DNA of 64,000 nt from assembly GCA_036380115.1 (NCBI GenBank), contig DASVFI010000070.1, forward strand, positions 2,137-66,136, written 5' to 3'. The DNA comes from Nitrososphaeraceae archaeon (GTDB taxonomy: Archaea > Thermoproteota > Nitrososphaeria > Nitrososphaerales > Nitrososphaeraceae). Below are positions 37,057-46,703 of the stretch, piece by piece (the stretch's first letter is position 1; the number at the start of each line of letters is the position of its first letter). A program made the translations under genes and the position numbers. The notes below the pieces were generated by a model. That model did not search any database. It had not been told where the DNA came from and worked only from the letters and a program-made list of their open reading frames with translations.

Positions 37057-37522
37057 AAATTTATGATATATAAAAAATCAATATTTTTAAATAATAAGGA
37101 CTATAATTATCAATGAAAAAAAGAAAATCTATTCTTTTACTTGCTTGATACCATAGAGTCTAGACAAGTCAATAACATGTTATTATCAAATAACATTGAT
37201 TTTATAGAATACACTATCAAAAGGTTTTGAGCAAGTTGTTGTGGTCATCTTTCTACAACCAGACTTCTTGTATTTTAGTACCAGAAGGGGTATATAAGGG
37301 GAAAGATGTAAGAGAACCAAATATTGCAAAATAATATCAGATAGATAAAGAATGAGAAAATCTTTGAAAAAATATACAAATGTAAGATATTCAAATAACA
37401 TATTAACAATTATAAAGATTCTGAAATTAAATTATTATGTTTTAAGTTGGTGTTCTAGGAATAATTTTACTAAAATACTCGTAAATAAAAAGTAAGGTTT
37501 TTTATAAGGATAGATAAGTTTT

Positions 37523-38068
37523 GTGATGTTGATGGAGCAAAATATCGACTTTAAATCTTTAATCAAAAGTTATAATCATTTTCCAAAAGATGGAGTAGTT
37601 TTTAGAGATATAAATCCGTTATTTAGAAATTCTGACGCCTTACAACAAATTTCTAAAGAATTTATTAAGCATGAAGAACTATCCAAAATTGATGTAATAG
37701 CAGGAATTGAATCACGTGGATTTACTGTTGCATCTTTATTAGCAGGAAATTTTAAAAAAGGAATTATACTTGTAAGAAAAGTAGGGAAACTTCCTGGTAA
37801 AACAAAGAAAAAAAAGTACGACATTGAATATGGCAGCTCAACTATTGAAATTCAAGATGAGGCTATTAAAAAAGGTCAAAACATTCTAATTGCTGATGAT
37901 TTGATTGCTACGGGTGGAACTGCTTTAGCAACTGCACAATTAATTGAGGAAATGGGTGGTAAAATATTTGGCTTCGCAGTAATTATAGAATTAGTATATT
38001 TAAAAGGTGCTGATATGCTAAGAAGTAAGGGATATGATGTCCGTTCTTTGGTGAAATATTATGAATGA
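37523..38068 (+). CDS. apt: Adenine phosphoribosyltransferase
   Basis: 181 aa with FRDINPLF, GIESRGF and the PRPP motif ILIADDLIATGGTALA. ATG codons at 37526 and 37532 are alternative starts. Confidence 0.9.
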   Translation: MMLMEQNIDFKSLIKSYNHFPKDGVVFRDINPLFRNSDALQQISKEFIKHEELSKIDVIAGIESRGFTVASLLAGNFKKGIILVRKVGKLPGKTKKKKYDIEYGSSTIEIQDEAIKKGQNILIADDLIATGGTALATAQLIEEMGGKIFGFAVIIELVYLKGADMLRSKGYDVRSLVKYYE

Positions 38069-38870
38069 AAATTTAAAAAATATAGCTGAGATAGGAATAA
38101 TTGGTGGTACGGGTATATATGATCCTACTATTTTTAACATAATCGACGAAAAAAAAATTAACACGCCTTATGGGGAAACTTCGGATAGAATAACAATTTG
38201 TACTTACAAAGAAAAGAGAATTGCATTTATTCCTCGGCATGGCAAAAATCATCGAATTCCTCCCCACAAAATCAATTATCAAGCAAATATTTGGGCAATG
38301 AAAGAACTAGGCGTTAAAGTAATCCTAGCACCATCAGCTGTAGGAAGTCTTAAAAAAGAATATAGACCAGGAGATATAGTATTACCTGATCAATTTATAG
38401 ACTTTACAAAAAAAAGAAATTATACATTTTATGACGGTCCAAGAGTTTGCCATATTTCGCAATCAGAACCATTTTGCCCAGATTTAAGAGAAATCATAAT
38501 AAAAAATTTAGAACCTTTAAATTTTAAAGTCCATCCTATTGGAACATATATTTGTATAGAAGGACCAAGATTTTCTACTAAAGCTGAATCTAATTATTAT
38601 AGAACATTACTTAAAGCTGACATAATAGGAATGACATTAATTCCAGAATGCATTTTAGCAAAGGAAATGGAAATGTGTTATGTATCTATTTCGACAATAA
38701 CAGATTATGATGTTTGGGCAGAAGTATCAGTAAGTTCAAAAGAAATTATTGAAACACTAAGTAAGAATGTTGATAAAATAAAAAAATTGCTCCTAACTGT
38801 TATTCCCAATATAGAGAAAGAGAGAAATTTATGTGATTGTTCAAAATCGTTAGAAAATGCATTAGTTTGA
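38061..38870 (+). CDS. mtnP: S-methyl-5'-thioadenosine phosphorylase
   Basis: 269 aa with IGIIGGTGIYD, FIPRHGKNHRIPPHKINYQANIWAMKELGV and GMTLIPE motifs. It overlaps apt by 8 nt. Confidence 0.9.
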   Translation: MNENLKNIAEIGIIGGTGIYDPTIFNIIDEKKINTPYGETSDRITICTYKEKRIAFIPRHGKNHRIPPHKINYQANIWAMKELGVKVILAPSAVGSLKKEYRPGDIVLPDQFIDFTKKRNYTFYDGPRVCHISQSEPFCPDLREIIIKNLEPLNFKVHPIGTYICIEGPRFSTKAESNYYRTLLKADIIGMTLIPECILAKEMEMCYVSISTITDYDVWAEVSVSSKEIIETLSKNVDKIKKLLLTVIPNIEKERNLCDCSKSLENALV

Positions 38871-38971
38871 TGGCCATTGTACTTTTTTTGATTTTTTGAT
38901 TTTATAATGAGAACTTAATATCTAATAATTGTTACTAGATGGTTTTTTCTTAATCCTATTTATAGGTATAT

Positions 38972-39271
38972 TTAGTCGGGTAATTTAATATTATCAGGAA
39001 GGTTAACATCTCCTTCAATTAATTTTCTCTGAATTGTAAGTTGTAATTTTTCTGGATCAATTTCCATTTTTTTCAATTTGTTAATAGACAAATTTGATAA
39101 TTTTAAATTTATATTATGTCCTCCAATTCTTCCAAATGCAATAGCAGAAAATCTAAAACTTTTATTATTGACAATAAAATAACCATTTAGTTTACTGGCA
39201 AATTCTCCTCCTGAAGAATTTTTTATAAAGACATCTACTTTAAGATCATTGTTATTGTCAAACTCATACAT
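38972..39271 (-). CDS. Hypothetical protein
   Basis: 99-aa ORF, 3 nt downstream of the preceding minus-strand ORF. No motif recognised. Confidence 0.5.
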   Translation of the reverse strand: MYEFDNNNDLKVDVFIKNSSGGEFASKLNGYFIVNNKSFRFSAIAFGRIGGHNINLKLSNLSINKLKKMEIDPEKLQLTIQRKLIEGDVNLPDNIKLPD

Positions 39272-39274
39272 AGT

Positions 39275-39685
39275 CTATAACTCTTTAGTAATTTCTATGC
39301 TCCGATTTATATTGGTTTCAACAAGAAAATTCCACCAATCATTATCAATTATATGGTAGTTTTTTACATTTGCATTAATAATTGTATCGTCATCTGTATC
39401 ATAGAAGGTAAATTTTCCTTCTTTTAAAATTTTAATTAATTTCCATCTATCTTTACCTAAACGATTTCTATTGACAGCAACAGCCCATTTGTAACCTTTA
39501 TCTATTTTTGGCATACCAATATAATCTGCTATATCTAAAATCCCTAATCTTTTTTCTTCACAGAAAAGTTCTTTAGTGATAACACTTCTCCAGATATCTA
39601 TTGCCCCTATCGTTCTGCCTTTCTCGTTTATATTGATGACACCAAAATAAACTATTTTATCATTTGTAGAATCATTTGTGCTCAT
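39275..39685 (-). CDS. Hypothetical protein
   Basis: 136-aa ORF, 23 nt downstream of the wHTH gene. No motif recognised. Confidence 0.5.
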   Translation of the reverse strand: MSTNDSTNDKIVYFGVININEKGRTIGAIDIWRSVITKELFCEEKRLGILDIADYIGMPKIDKGYKWAVAVNRNRLGKDRWKLIKILKEGKFTFYDTDDDTIINANVKNYHIIDNDWWNFLVETNINRSIEITKEL

Positions 39686-39708
39686 AGAAATTAATTTTTT
39701 ATTTATCC

Positions 39709-40068
39709 TTATTTAGTCCTTGCAGCATCGAATGGTTTTTCCAATGCAATTGCAAGGTTATCAATTAACAAATTTTTTTGGAAAGCAATTCTATTTTCTA
39801 TACACAATCTTTTATATCTGTTTATAATAGCAAATCGTGGATGAAAAGTTTCAAATAGATTAGCCGAATATTCAATTATCATATTTTTGGTAATAAGAGA
39901 CTCTATTATTTTTTTACATTGTGATTTATCTAAATCTAAATTAAAGGAAAGTTCTTCTAAATTCATCATTCCTTTCTTTATTATAAGAAGGAAAATTTCA
40001 ATTTCCAAATCAGAAAGTTGTAATTCCTTTTTTAATATATTATAATACTTAATATTTTGTGATCCCAA
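39709..40068 (-). CDS. TrmB-like winged-helix transcriptional regulator (N-terminal domain only)
   Basis: 119 aa. LSDLEIEIFLLIIKKGMMNLEELSFNLDLDKSQCKKIIESLITKNMI fits the TrmB/MarR-type wHTH pattern. Confidence 0.6.
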   Translation of the reverse strand: MGSQNIKYYNILKKELQLSDLEIEIFLLIIKKGMMNLEELSFNLDLDKSQCKKIIESLITKNMIIEYSANLFETFHPRFAIINRYKRLCIENRIAFQKNLLIDNLAIALEKPFDAARTK

Positions 40069-40098
40069 ATTTCCAGTCTTAATAATACTATAATCACC

Positions 40099-40545
40099 TT
40101 ATTCATTTGTAGTTTGTATCTTTGAATTTAAGGAATTAATTAAAAATTTATAACCTTCGTCAAGTATTTCCTTTGAATTTTTATAAGTAATTCTTTTTAG
40201 AGCATCTTCGTACTGTTCCCATACAAAGTCCAAATGTTCTGATGATAATCTCACATCTGTAGAGTTGGCTTTAGCCAAAAAGTAAACTACTTTTTTAGAC
40301 ATTAACTGATTATTTCGTTTATATTTATAGAATATTTCTTTCTTAAACCCATCTAAAATTGTAACATCGGTGATACCAGTCTCTTCTGCAATCTCTCTTA
40401 ATGCTGTGTCTATATCACTTTCCCCTTTTTCTTTATTTCCTTTCGGAAAATCCCAATGTCCTCGAAAATAGTGTAATAAAAGAAAAGTTATTGTTTGATT
40501 ATCAATATAATATAATAACGCTCCCGAAGAAACTTCATTTATCAA
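40099..40545 (-). CDS. NUDIX hydrolase
   Basis: 148 aa with the Nudix box GHWDFPKGNKEKGESDIDTALREIAEETG. Confidence 0.85.
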   Translation of the reverse strand: MINEVSSGALLYYIDNQTITFLLLHYFRGHWDFPKGNKEKGESDIDTALREIAEETGITDVTILDGFKKEIFYKYKRNNQLMSKKVVYFLAKANSTDVRLSSEHLDFVWEQYEDALKRITYKNSKEILDEGYKFLINSLNSKIQTTNE

Positions 40546-40563
40546 AAAAGATTTCCCCAGTCT

Positions 40564-40725
40564 TCAGGTTTCTTTTGATGTTTGATCATTTGTGAATTGA
40601 TTTGGTAAATAATCATGTATATCAAGCCATTCTTTTTCATCCATAAAATAACTACAATACCACTTTTTTAAATGTGGTTGATAAAATCCGTGTTCATACA
40701 TATTATAGATATTAGTTATTATCAT
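40564..40725 (-). CDS. Possible small protein (53 aa), below the ORF-track cut-off
   Basis: ATG to TGA, translated by hand as MIITNIYNMYEHGFYQPHLKKWYCSYFMDEKEWLDIHDYLPNQFTNDQTSKET. It fills the gap between uppS and the NUDIX gene with 18-nt spacers on both sides. Confidence 0.35.
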   Translation of the reverse strand: MIITNIYNMYEHGFYQPHLKKWYCSYFMDEKEWLDIHDYLPNQFTNDQTSKET

Positions 40726-40743
40726 TATTTTTAAGTTATTACT

Positions 40744-41556
40744 TTATTTTCCATATCTTCTTATACGATTTTGATAAGTTCTAATAGCTCTCATAAAATC
40801 AATTTTCCTAAATTCAGGCCAGAATACATCCATAAATATCAATTCACTATAAGCACTCTGCCAAAGTAAAAAACCACTTAATCTTTTTTCTCCAGAAGTT
40901 CGCAAAATCAAATCTGGATCAGATTGCGGAAGATGTGAAGTATATAGACACGATTCAATTATCTTTTTATCAATATCACTTACTTTTAGTTTACCCGAAC
41001 TAACCATATACGCTATTTTTTTAATTGCATCCACTAATTCTTGTTGTCCACCATATGCTACTGCTATATTTAAAAACATAGAGTTATACGTAGAAGTTTC
41101 TTCTTCTAAAATTTTTAATATATGTTGTAGATTTTTAGGCAATAACTCGATATTCCCTATTGCTTTAATTTTCATTTTCCGTTTATGAATGCGATTGTCA
41201 TCTCGAAGTTTTGCAAGTTTTTTACTTAATAATGCATAAATATTAGTTAATTCCTCATTTTCACGTTCAAGATTTTCATTGGAAAGGACATAAATGGTAG
41301 TTATTTTTATTTCTAGGTCATATATCCAATTTAACAATTCTTCCGCTTTTTCTGCTCCAACATTATGAGCTTTGTCTATTCCAAAAAAATGGTATTTAGC
41401 CCACCTCCTATTTCCATCTAAGATAATAGCAACATGATTTGGTAAGACATCTCTTGATATTTGAGATTCCAACCATCTTTCATAAATTTTATAAAAACCA
41501 GATAACTTAAATATTAAGTCAAACAAAATTGGATTAGATAAATTCGGGATTTTCAT
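40744..41556 (-). CDS. uppS: cis-prenyltransferase (undecaprenyl/dolichyl diphosphate synthase family)
   Basis: 270 aa with HVAIILDGNRRWA, the LSNENLERENEE region, and RTSGEKRLSGFLLWQSAYSEL. Confidence 0.9.
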   Translation of the reverse strand: MKIPNLSNPILFDLIFKLSGFYKIYERWLESQISRDVLPNHVAIILDGNRRWAKYHFFGIDKAHNVGAEKAEELLNWIYDLEIKITTIYVLSNENLERENEELTNIYALLSKKLAKLRDDNRIHKRKMKIKAIGNIELLPKNLQHILKILEEETSTYNSMFLNIAVAYGGQQELVDAIKKIAYMVSSGKLKVSDIDKKIIESCLYTSHLPQSDPDLILRTSGEKRLSGFLLWQSAYSELIFMDVFWPEFRKIDFMRAIRTYQNRIRRYGK

Positions 41557-41616
41557 TTAATATTTTTCATTGAATTATAAAGTGTTTAATACTTATTTAT
41601 TTTATATCATGCAATG

Positions 41617-42777
41617 CTATTTAAGAGATTCTCCACCTTTTCTATTTCTATAATATTGATAAAGGAAAGTAGCAGCTACTAATGTTATAGCCAATCCAAT
41701 AAGTAAGGAAGAAATAAGATTAAAAGGACTTGTTCCTTCTGTTAATACAGAAGTAAATTGTAAAATTGGATAGTATAATAAAATTAATATTACTAATCTG
41801 AGGATATCAGACATAGTTTTTATACTTCCTCTAAACCAATTACCTAATAAAGTACCAGTTAAAATAGTCCCAATTCCAATCCACATTAATAAAATAGTTC
41901 CTCGAATAAAACTTCCAACTATTTGTTTATTGGTAACGATTTCCCAATTTGTCAATTCTTTTGTAACAATTTCTTGAGGAATATGTGAAAGCCCATTAAC
42001 AATAGACACTACAATTATTAATAATCCTGCCACTAGCGAAAAAATTCTTATGAAACTTGTAGGAGTAGGTTTTCCTAATGTGCCTATTGATTTATCAATA
42101 TCAAATGCACGTATTATAAAGGCAGAGCCTAAAATGCTTAGAACTAGTGCAATGGCTTCTCTTGTCAAACCAAAGATAGTTGATACTCCACTAGCTACCA
42201 ACAAGGCCCCTGGAACTCCTAGAAAAAATTTTGAATAACGTGGATCATAAACTAACATTTTTATATATTTACCAAAAACTGCATAAGAATATTCAACACT
42301 TCTACTATGTTTAATTACCACTCTTTGAACAGATATTATTGGTACGAGTGACTGAATAACTGGTACTACAGTTTCATCATCTTCTCCATCAGAAACAATT
42401 ACAGAAGCATCAGCTTTAAATCTTTTCACAAGAAACTGTATTTCCGATCCAATTTTTTCATCACCTTCTACTCCTCTATTATATCTTCCTGCAACAATTG
42501 CAACTTCTACCTCATATCCTCTTTTTAATAGATCTTCATAAGTTTTTACCGCTGCAAATATAGCATTTGCATCAGAATCCTCTGGATCTTCAATTGCTAA
42601 ACGAATGCCTGCGTTGATACAGGAATCTCTTCCTATTATTGGAGTTTTGATACCACCTTTAGCTCCTATATCATCGTCCCGGTCTATACAAAGTACAATT
42701 ATACGATTAAAATTCTTATTTACTTTAGTAAGTAAATCTCTTCCTAATAGATTCTCCCCATTATTAGCATTTGACAA
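41617..42777 (-). CDS. DUF373-family archaeal membrane protein
   Basis: 386 aa. The N-terminal soluble part has LCIDRDDDIG...TPIIGR...DPEDSDANAIFAA. It is followed by about 6 hydrophobic helices. Confidence 0.65.
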   Translation of the reverse strand: MSNANNGENLLGRDLLTKVNKNFNRIIVLCIDRDDDIGAKGGIKTPIIGRDSCINAGIRLAIEDPEDSDANAIFAAVKTYEDLLKRGYEVEVAIVAGRYNRGVEGDEKIGSEIQFLVKRFKADASVIVSDGEDDETVVPVIQSLVPIISVQRVVIKHSRSVEYSYAVFGKYIKMLVYDPRYSKFFLGVPGALLVASGVSTIFGLTREAIALVLSILGSAFIIRAFDIDKSIGTLGKPTPTSFIRIFSLVAGLLIIVVSIVNGLSHIPQEIVTKELTNWEIVTNKQIVGSFIRGTILLMWIGIGTILTGTLLGNWFRGSIKTMSDILRLVILILLYYPILQFTSVLTEGTSPFNLISSLLIGLAITLVAATFLYQYYRNRKGGESLK

Positions 42778-43027
42778 AAGAGGACCTCTATTTTTTCTAT
42801 CATTTTCACATTAATTAATTTATCTAATAATAGTTAAAATTTATTATCTATACTGTTTTAAATTCAATGTTGAATCATCTTAACAATTTTTCCAAGATGC
42901 GATTAACGAACATATTCTGTTTGAAACATACATCCAAGATTTCAAATGTATTAGTGGTTGAATATTTACAAAAGATTTAATTCTATTAATTAGGTTAGAG
43001 TGTTTATTTTATTTTAAAATATATTCA

Positions 43028-44494
43028 TTACATATATTGCAAATCTTCATTATCTTCTTTCCACAAATTTATCCTTTGATGAAACCAAGGATAAAAACTC
43101 GTATTCTTATCTTCAAATTGTTTTTTAATTATTTTGGCAATTGTTTTGGATACTTGTCCAGGTTCACCATAAATTTCCTTTTTATTTTTTGATTTTATTC
43201 CGAAATCATCAGATTTATCATAGATATGATTGACCATAGATGTAATCCATTCAGAATTTATTGGTGGAATTAATAAATTGCTTTTAGCATCAAAAATTGT
43301 TTCAGGTCTATCTGTATTTAACCTTATTGTCAGGGATAATACATTTTTAAAATATAATAACTCTTCCTGCATTGAACCCGAATCTGTCATTTCAGCCCAA
43401 CATCTTCCACTATCCAAAAATTCTATTACTTGTCCATATTCTTTCCATAAAGGAGTAATTAAGAATTTGTTTGGAAATTCTTTTGCAAGTAATCTAACTT
43501 TTTCTTCCAAACCATAAAATTTCAATGCAGACCTTGTAGCATTCAACATAACTAAGACCACTTTATGATCAGAATATTTTACAATATTTACTAATCCATG
43601 TATAATAGATTTAAACCGATGTTCAGTTAGATTTTCTCTTCGATGAATATCCATTCTTATCCATTTTCCATTTTCTAATTGAGGATATAGTTCAAAAATA
43701 CTTTGAGATACTTTTTGTTTCCTCTTTAAGTAAATGGCATCCACTACTGAATTTCCAACAACATGAACAAATTCTTCAGGATATCCTTCTTTGACCAGAT
43801 TATCCTTATTGAGTTGAGTCGGAGCAAAGAAATATTGAGTGCCTGCAGAACATATCCAAGTATCTATTTGTTCGGGAAATGGTTCTTCTCTTGCAACAAA
43901 CCATTGCCCCTCAAATTGTTCATGAATATATTTTTCAATGAGATCTAATGTTGGTTCTTGGGTAATCTTTAATTTTTTCATAATTTCTGGACTCATTGAT
44001 CTTAATCCTGCTTCATTTTGAGCAACTTTTTGACCCATTCCAAAAACCCATGCCAAGGGAGCAATTCCTGCAACTAAAGTATCTCCATGAACAACAGGTA
44101 GTAATTTTGAAGTTAAACCATATTCCTCTTTACAAAATCTACCAAATGAACCAAATTTAAGAATTAGTTCACTTGCTTTTTCCATAAGATCTCCTCTAAT
44201 TTGTAGGTCACAACCTACTGATTCTTCTAATTTAAACTCCTTTATTCCAAATCCTAAAATATCATCAAAATGTTGTCCCGTATCTATAACAAATACTGGC
44301 AATTTTTCTCTTTTTGCCTCAACAACTAAAGGTGCTTGTTTATAAAAATCCGGTTTAGTCCCAATTACCACAGAAAGAATTGGGCTATTTACTTGTTTTG
44401 CTATATTAAAAGTATCTCTTAATAACGTAGTATTTACGTTAATAGGAAGATTTTGTTTCGAAATTTCAATTTTTTCAATATTAGTAGTTTTCAA
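43028..44494 (-). CDS. UDP-N-acetylglucosamine 2-epimerase-like protein (extended)
   Basis: 488 aa. VVIGTKPDFYKQAPLV...VIDTGQHFD matches the WecB/epimerase_2 N-terminus (GTRPE..K.AP...TGQH). It is longer than the usual size I recall for this family. Confidence 0.75.
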   Translation of the reverse strand: MKTTNIEKIEISKQNLPINVNTTLLRDTFNIAKQVNSPILSVVIGTKPDFYKQAPLVVEAKREKLPVFVIDTGQHFDDILGFGIKEFKLEESVGCDLQIRGDLMEKASELILKFGSFGRFCKEEYGLTSKLLPVVHGDTLVAGIAPLAWVFGMGQKVAQNEAGLRSMSPEIMKKLKITQEPTLDLIEKYIHEQFEGQWFVAREEPFPEQIDTWICSAGTQYFFAPTQLNKDNLVKEGYPEEFVHVVGNSVVDAIYLKRKQKVSQSIFELYPQLENGKWIRMDIHRRENLTEHRFKSIIHGLVNIVKYSDHKVVLVMLNATRSALKFYGLEEKVRLLAKEFPNKFLITPLWKEYGQVIEFLDSGRCWAEMTDSGSMQEELLYFKNVLSLTIRLNTDRPETIFDAKSNLLIPPINSEWITSMVNHIYDKSDDFGIKSKNKKEIYGEPGQVSKTIAKIIKKQFEDKNTSFYPWFHQRINLWKEDNEDLQYM

Positions 44495-44886
44495 TTAAAT
44501 CTCCTTTGTCTATTAATTCCTTTTTTAGATTTTAGGTAAAGAAGTAAGCCAATAATAAATATTCCTATCCCTCCAAATATAAAAATATATGGAACTATAA
44601 CAAGAATTGGTTGATAAAATTCACTAGTAATTCTTTGAGAAAGATTGAGAGAAATTATCATGCCAATGCTAATAATTATTCCTGAAAAAGACAGTAATAA
44701 TCCAGTCAATCTATTGCCATAGTTTTTTGACAACCCAAAGGCTATACCGGCCAGAATTAATGAAGGAGCAGCAGAAATAGAAGTTGTCTTAACGATAACT
44801 CCATTTATATCAACATATCTATCAGGTCCTTTACCTTCACTGCCAATGAGGAAATTATAAAAAGAAGTAAGTAATAAAACAAACAT
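44491..44886 (-). CDS. Small integral membrane protein
   Basis: 131 aa with about 4 hydrophobic helices. Its stop overlaps the epimerase-like gene's start by 4 nt. Confidence 0.6.
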   Translation of the reverse strand: MFVLLLTSFYNFLIGSEGKGPDRYVDINGVIVKTTSISAAPSLILAGIAFGLSKNYGNRLTGLLLSFSGIIISIGMIISLNLSQRITSEFYQPILVIVPYIFIFGGIGIFIIGLLLYLKSKKGINRQRRFN

Positions 44887-44952
44887 TATTGATAATCCTA
44901 ATGATCCTAGCGATAACCAATTCTCTAATTCTAATTTAATATTTAGTATAGT

Positions 44953-46005
44953 CTAGTCAACTCCTACAATCTTTGCAATTTCTTTTCGGGCTGCTGCACC
45001 AAGTTTGGATGCAGAAGTCTCCGGAAGAATATTGTTAACAAAAACACCAAATCCCTTTTCTAGACCTGTTCGTTCACTTGTATGTGGATAAATTTCTATG
45101 TGCCAATGGAATTGTCTGCTATTTTTCTTTTCAGGAGATAATTGAAAAATAAGATTAAAAGATGGATTATTCAAAACCTGAGCCATTCCTCCTAAAGTAG
45201 ATCGTAAAATCATAGCAAGATCAAATATTTCTTTTTGAGATATTTTCGTTAGGGTTGTAGAATGTTTCTTTGGAAAAATTGAAAATTCATATGGATATAT
45301 AGATGCCCAAGGACAGAAAGCAATAAAAGAATCTGTTGCAAGTATCTGTCTAGGGCCATCTAATTCAGTTGATATTGCAATGCAAGAAGGACAATTTCCA
45401 TTTTCATTTACAAATTTGTGTGATAATAATGCTTTAGATTCTATAAAAGGAGGGATTTCGGAAAAAGTCACAATGTCAATATGAGAATGATCAATCTTTG
45501 TTCCGCATTCATTTCCATTATTAATATAGACAGATACATAAGTAACTTTTTTTTGAGTATATAACCACCTTATTCTATCTTGCAAAACTAAAAGCACATT
45601 ACACCATTGATCAACTGAAATTTGGGAGAAATTCTGATTATGGTGTGGTGTAGCTACTAGAATCTGATGGTAGCCGTACGCTGGTTCGCTATAGAGAGGT
45701 TTATCAGTATAGAGAGTTGAATTATGTGGAACAATAATTGGTTTATTACTATTAAATACTCTTACACTCCAGTCGTTAATTATGTTTCCTTCAGAATCAG
45801 ATAAACGTTGGAGAATTCCGCTTTTAATAACAAGGGACACTATTGCAGGTTGTGTATAATTTTCGTTACCAGGACAGTAAGGGCAAATTGTTACTCCCGT
45901 ATTTTCATTACGTGTTTCTTCATGATAATTAGGGTATATCACAAATTTATCCATAACATAGTCCTTTCTTAATTCTCCCAAGGTAATTTTCTTTTTTAAC
46001 GTCAT
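44953..46005 (-). CDS. Galactose-1-phosphate uridylyltransferase-family (GalT/HIT-like) nucleotidyltransferase
   Basis: 350 aa with the N-terminal zinc motif CPYCPGNE and two half-domains carrying HSHIDI and FHWHIEIYPH histidine motifs. Confidence 0.75.
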   Translation of the reverse strand: MTLKKKITLGELRKDYVMDKFVIYPNYHEETRNENTGVTICPYCPGNENYTQPAIVSLVIKSGILQRLSDSEGNIINDWSVRVFNSNKPIIVPHNSTLYTDKPLYSEPAYGYHQILVATPHHNQNFSQISVDQWCNVLLVLQDRIRWLYTQKKVTYVSVYINNGNECGTKIDHSHIDIVTFSEIPPFIESKALLSHKFVNENGNCPSCIAISTELDGPRQILATDSFIAFCPWASIYPYEFSIFPKKHSTTLTKISQKEIFDLAMILRSTLGGMAQVLNNPSFNLIFQLSPEKKNSRQFHWHIEIYPHTSERTGLEKGFGVFVNNILPETSASKLGAAARKEIAKIVGVD

Positions 46006-46183
46006 GGTTTCCTTTAATTAAAGGTTCTGAAAAAAATTTAAAAAAATTAACCATTATTTTATTCAATTATTATTTATCTATACCTAGAATTATTTGGTAA
46101 TTTTATATAGCAATATTTATTTACTTTTACAAGTTTTTATAATCAATAAGTTTAAAATATAGGTCATAACTTGATAAATTATT

Positions 46184-46453
46184 ATGACATTGCCAAAAGG
46201 TTTCGGATCAAATGTAAGTAAAAATGGAAAAAGAAATTTTGATGAATGGTGGAATACTGTTCCAGCAGATTTAAAAGAAAAATCACGTAGAGGAGACGAA
46301 AATAACAAACCATTATTGAACCAAATTAATTATGTTCTTTTACATCTTCATTTAGCAGGAAAACATGATGCAAAGCCATCACATGAAGAACTAAAAGATT
46401 GGCTTCATAGCGGCCAAGTAGATGTATTGAGAGCAGCCGCACCCAAGAAGTAA
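46184..46453 (+). CDS. Hypothetical small protein
   Basis: 89-aa ORF with a balanced, charged composition. It is isolated between 178-bp and 250-bp non-coding stretches. The overlapping minus-strand ORF is F/L/S-rich. Confidence 0.45.
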   Translation: MTLPKGFGSNVSKNGKRNFDEWWNTVPADLKEKSRRGDENNKPLLNQINYVLLHLHLAGKHDAKPSHEELKDWLHSGQVDVLRAAAPKK

Positions 46454-46703
46454 TATAATAATACTTTTATCTTTTTTTAAAATTCAAAGCAATTGATATT
46501 TTTTATCACTTTTAAACATCATTTTTAAAGTTACATTACAATCAAAATAAACGTCTGATACTCGAAAAATCGCTGAACTAAAGTATATAAAAAACCAATT
46601 ATAAATGAACCAAAGTTGTAAAAATCTTCATTATTTATCAAATAGTAACTAATAAGCACGAATAAGAGGAATTTAATATAATATGAAGGAAAAATAAAAG
46701 ATA

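Noticed and set aside
37186-37401. 71-aa minus-strand ORF in the long apt-upstream spacer.
   Set aside because: The sequence is hydrophobic and low-complexity (LILYLSDIILQYLVLLHL...) with no plausible operon context. The region is better treated as non-coding (see finding).
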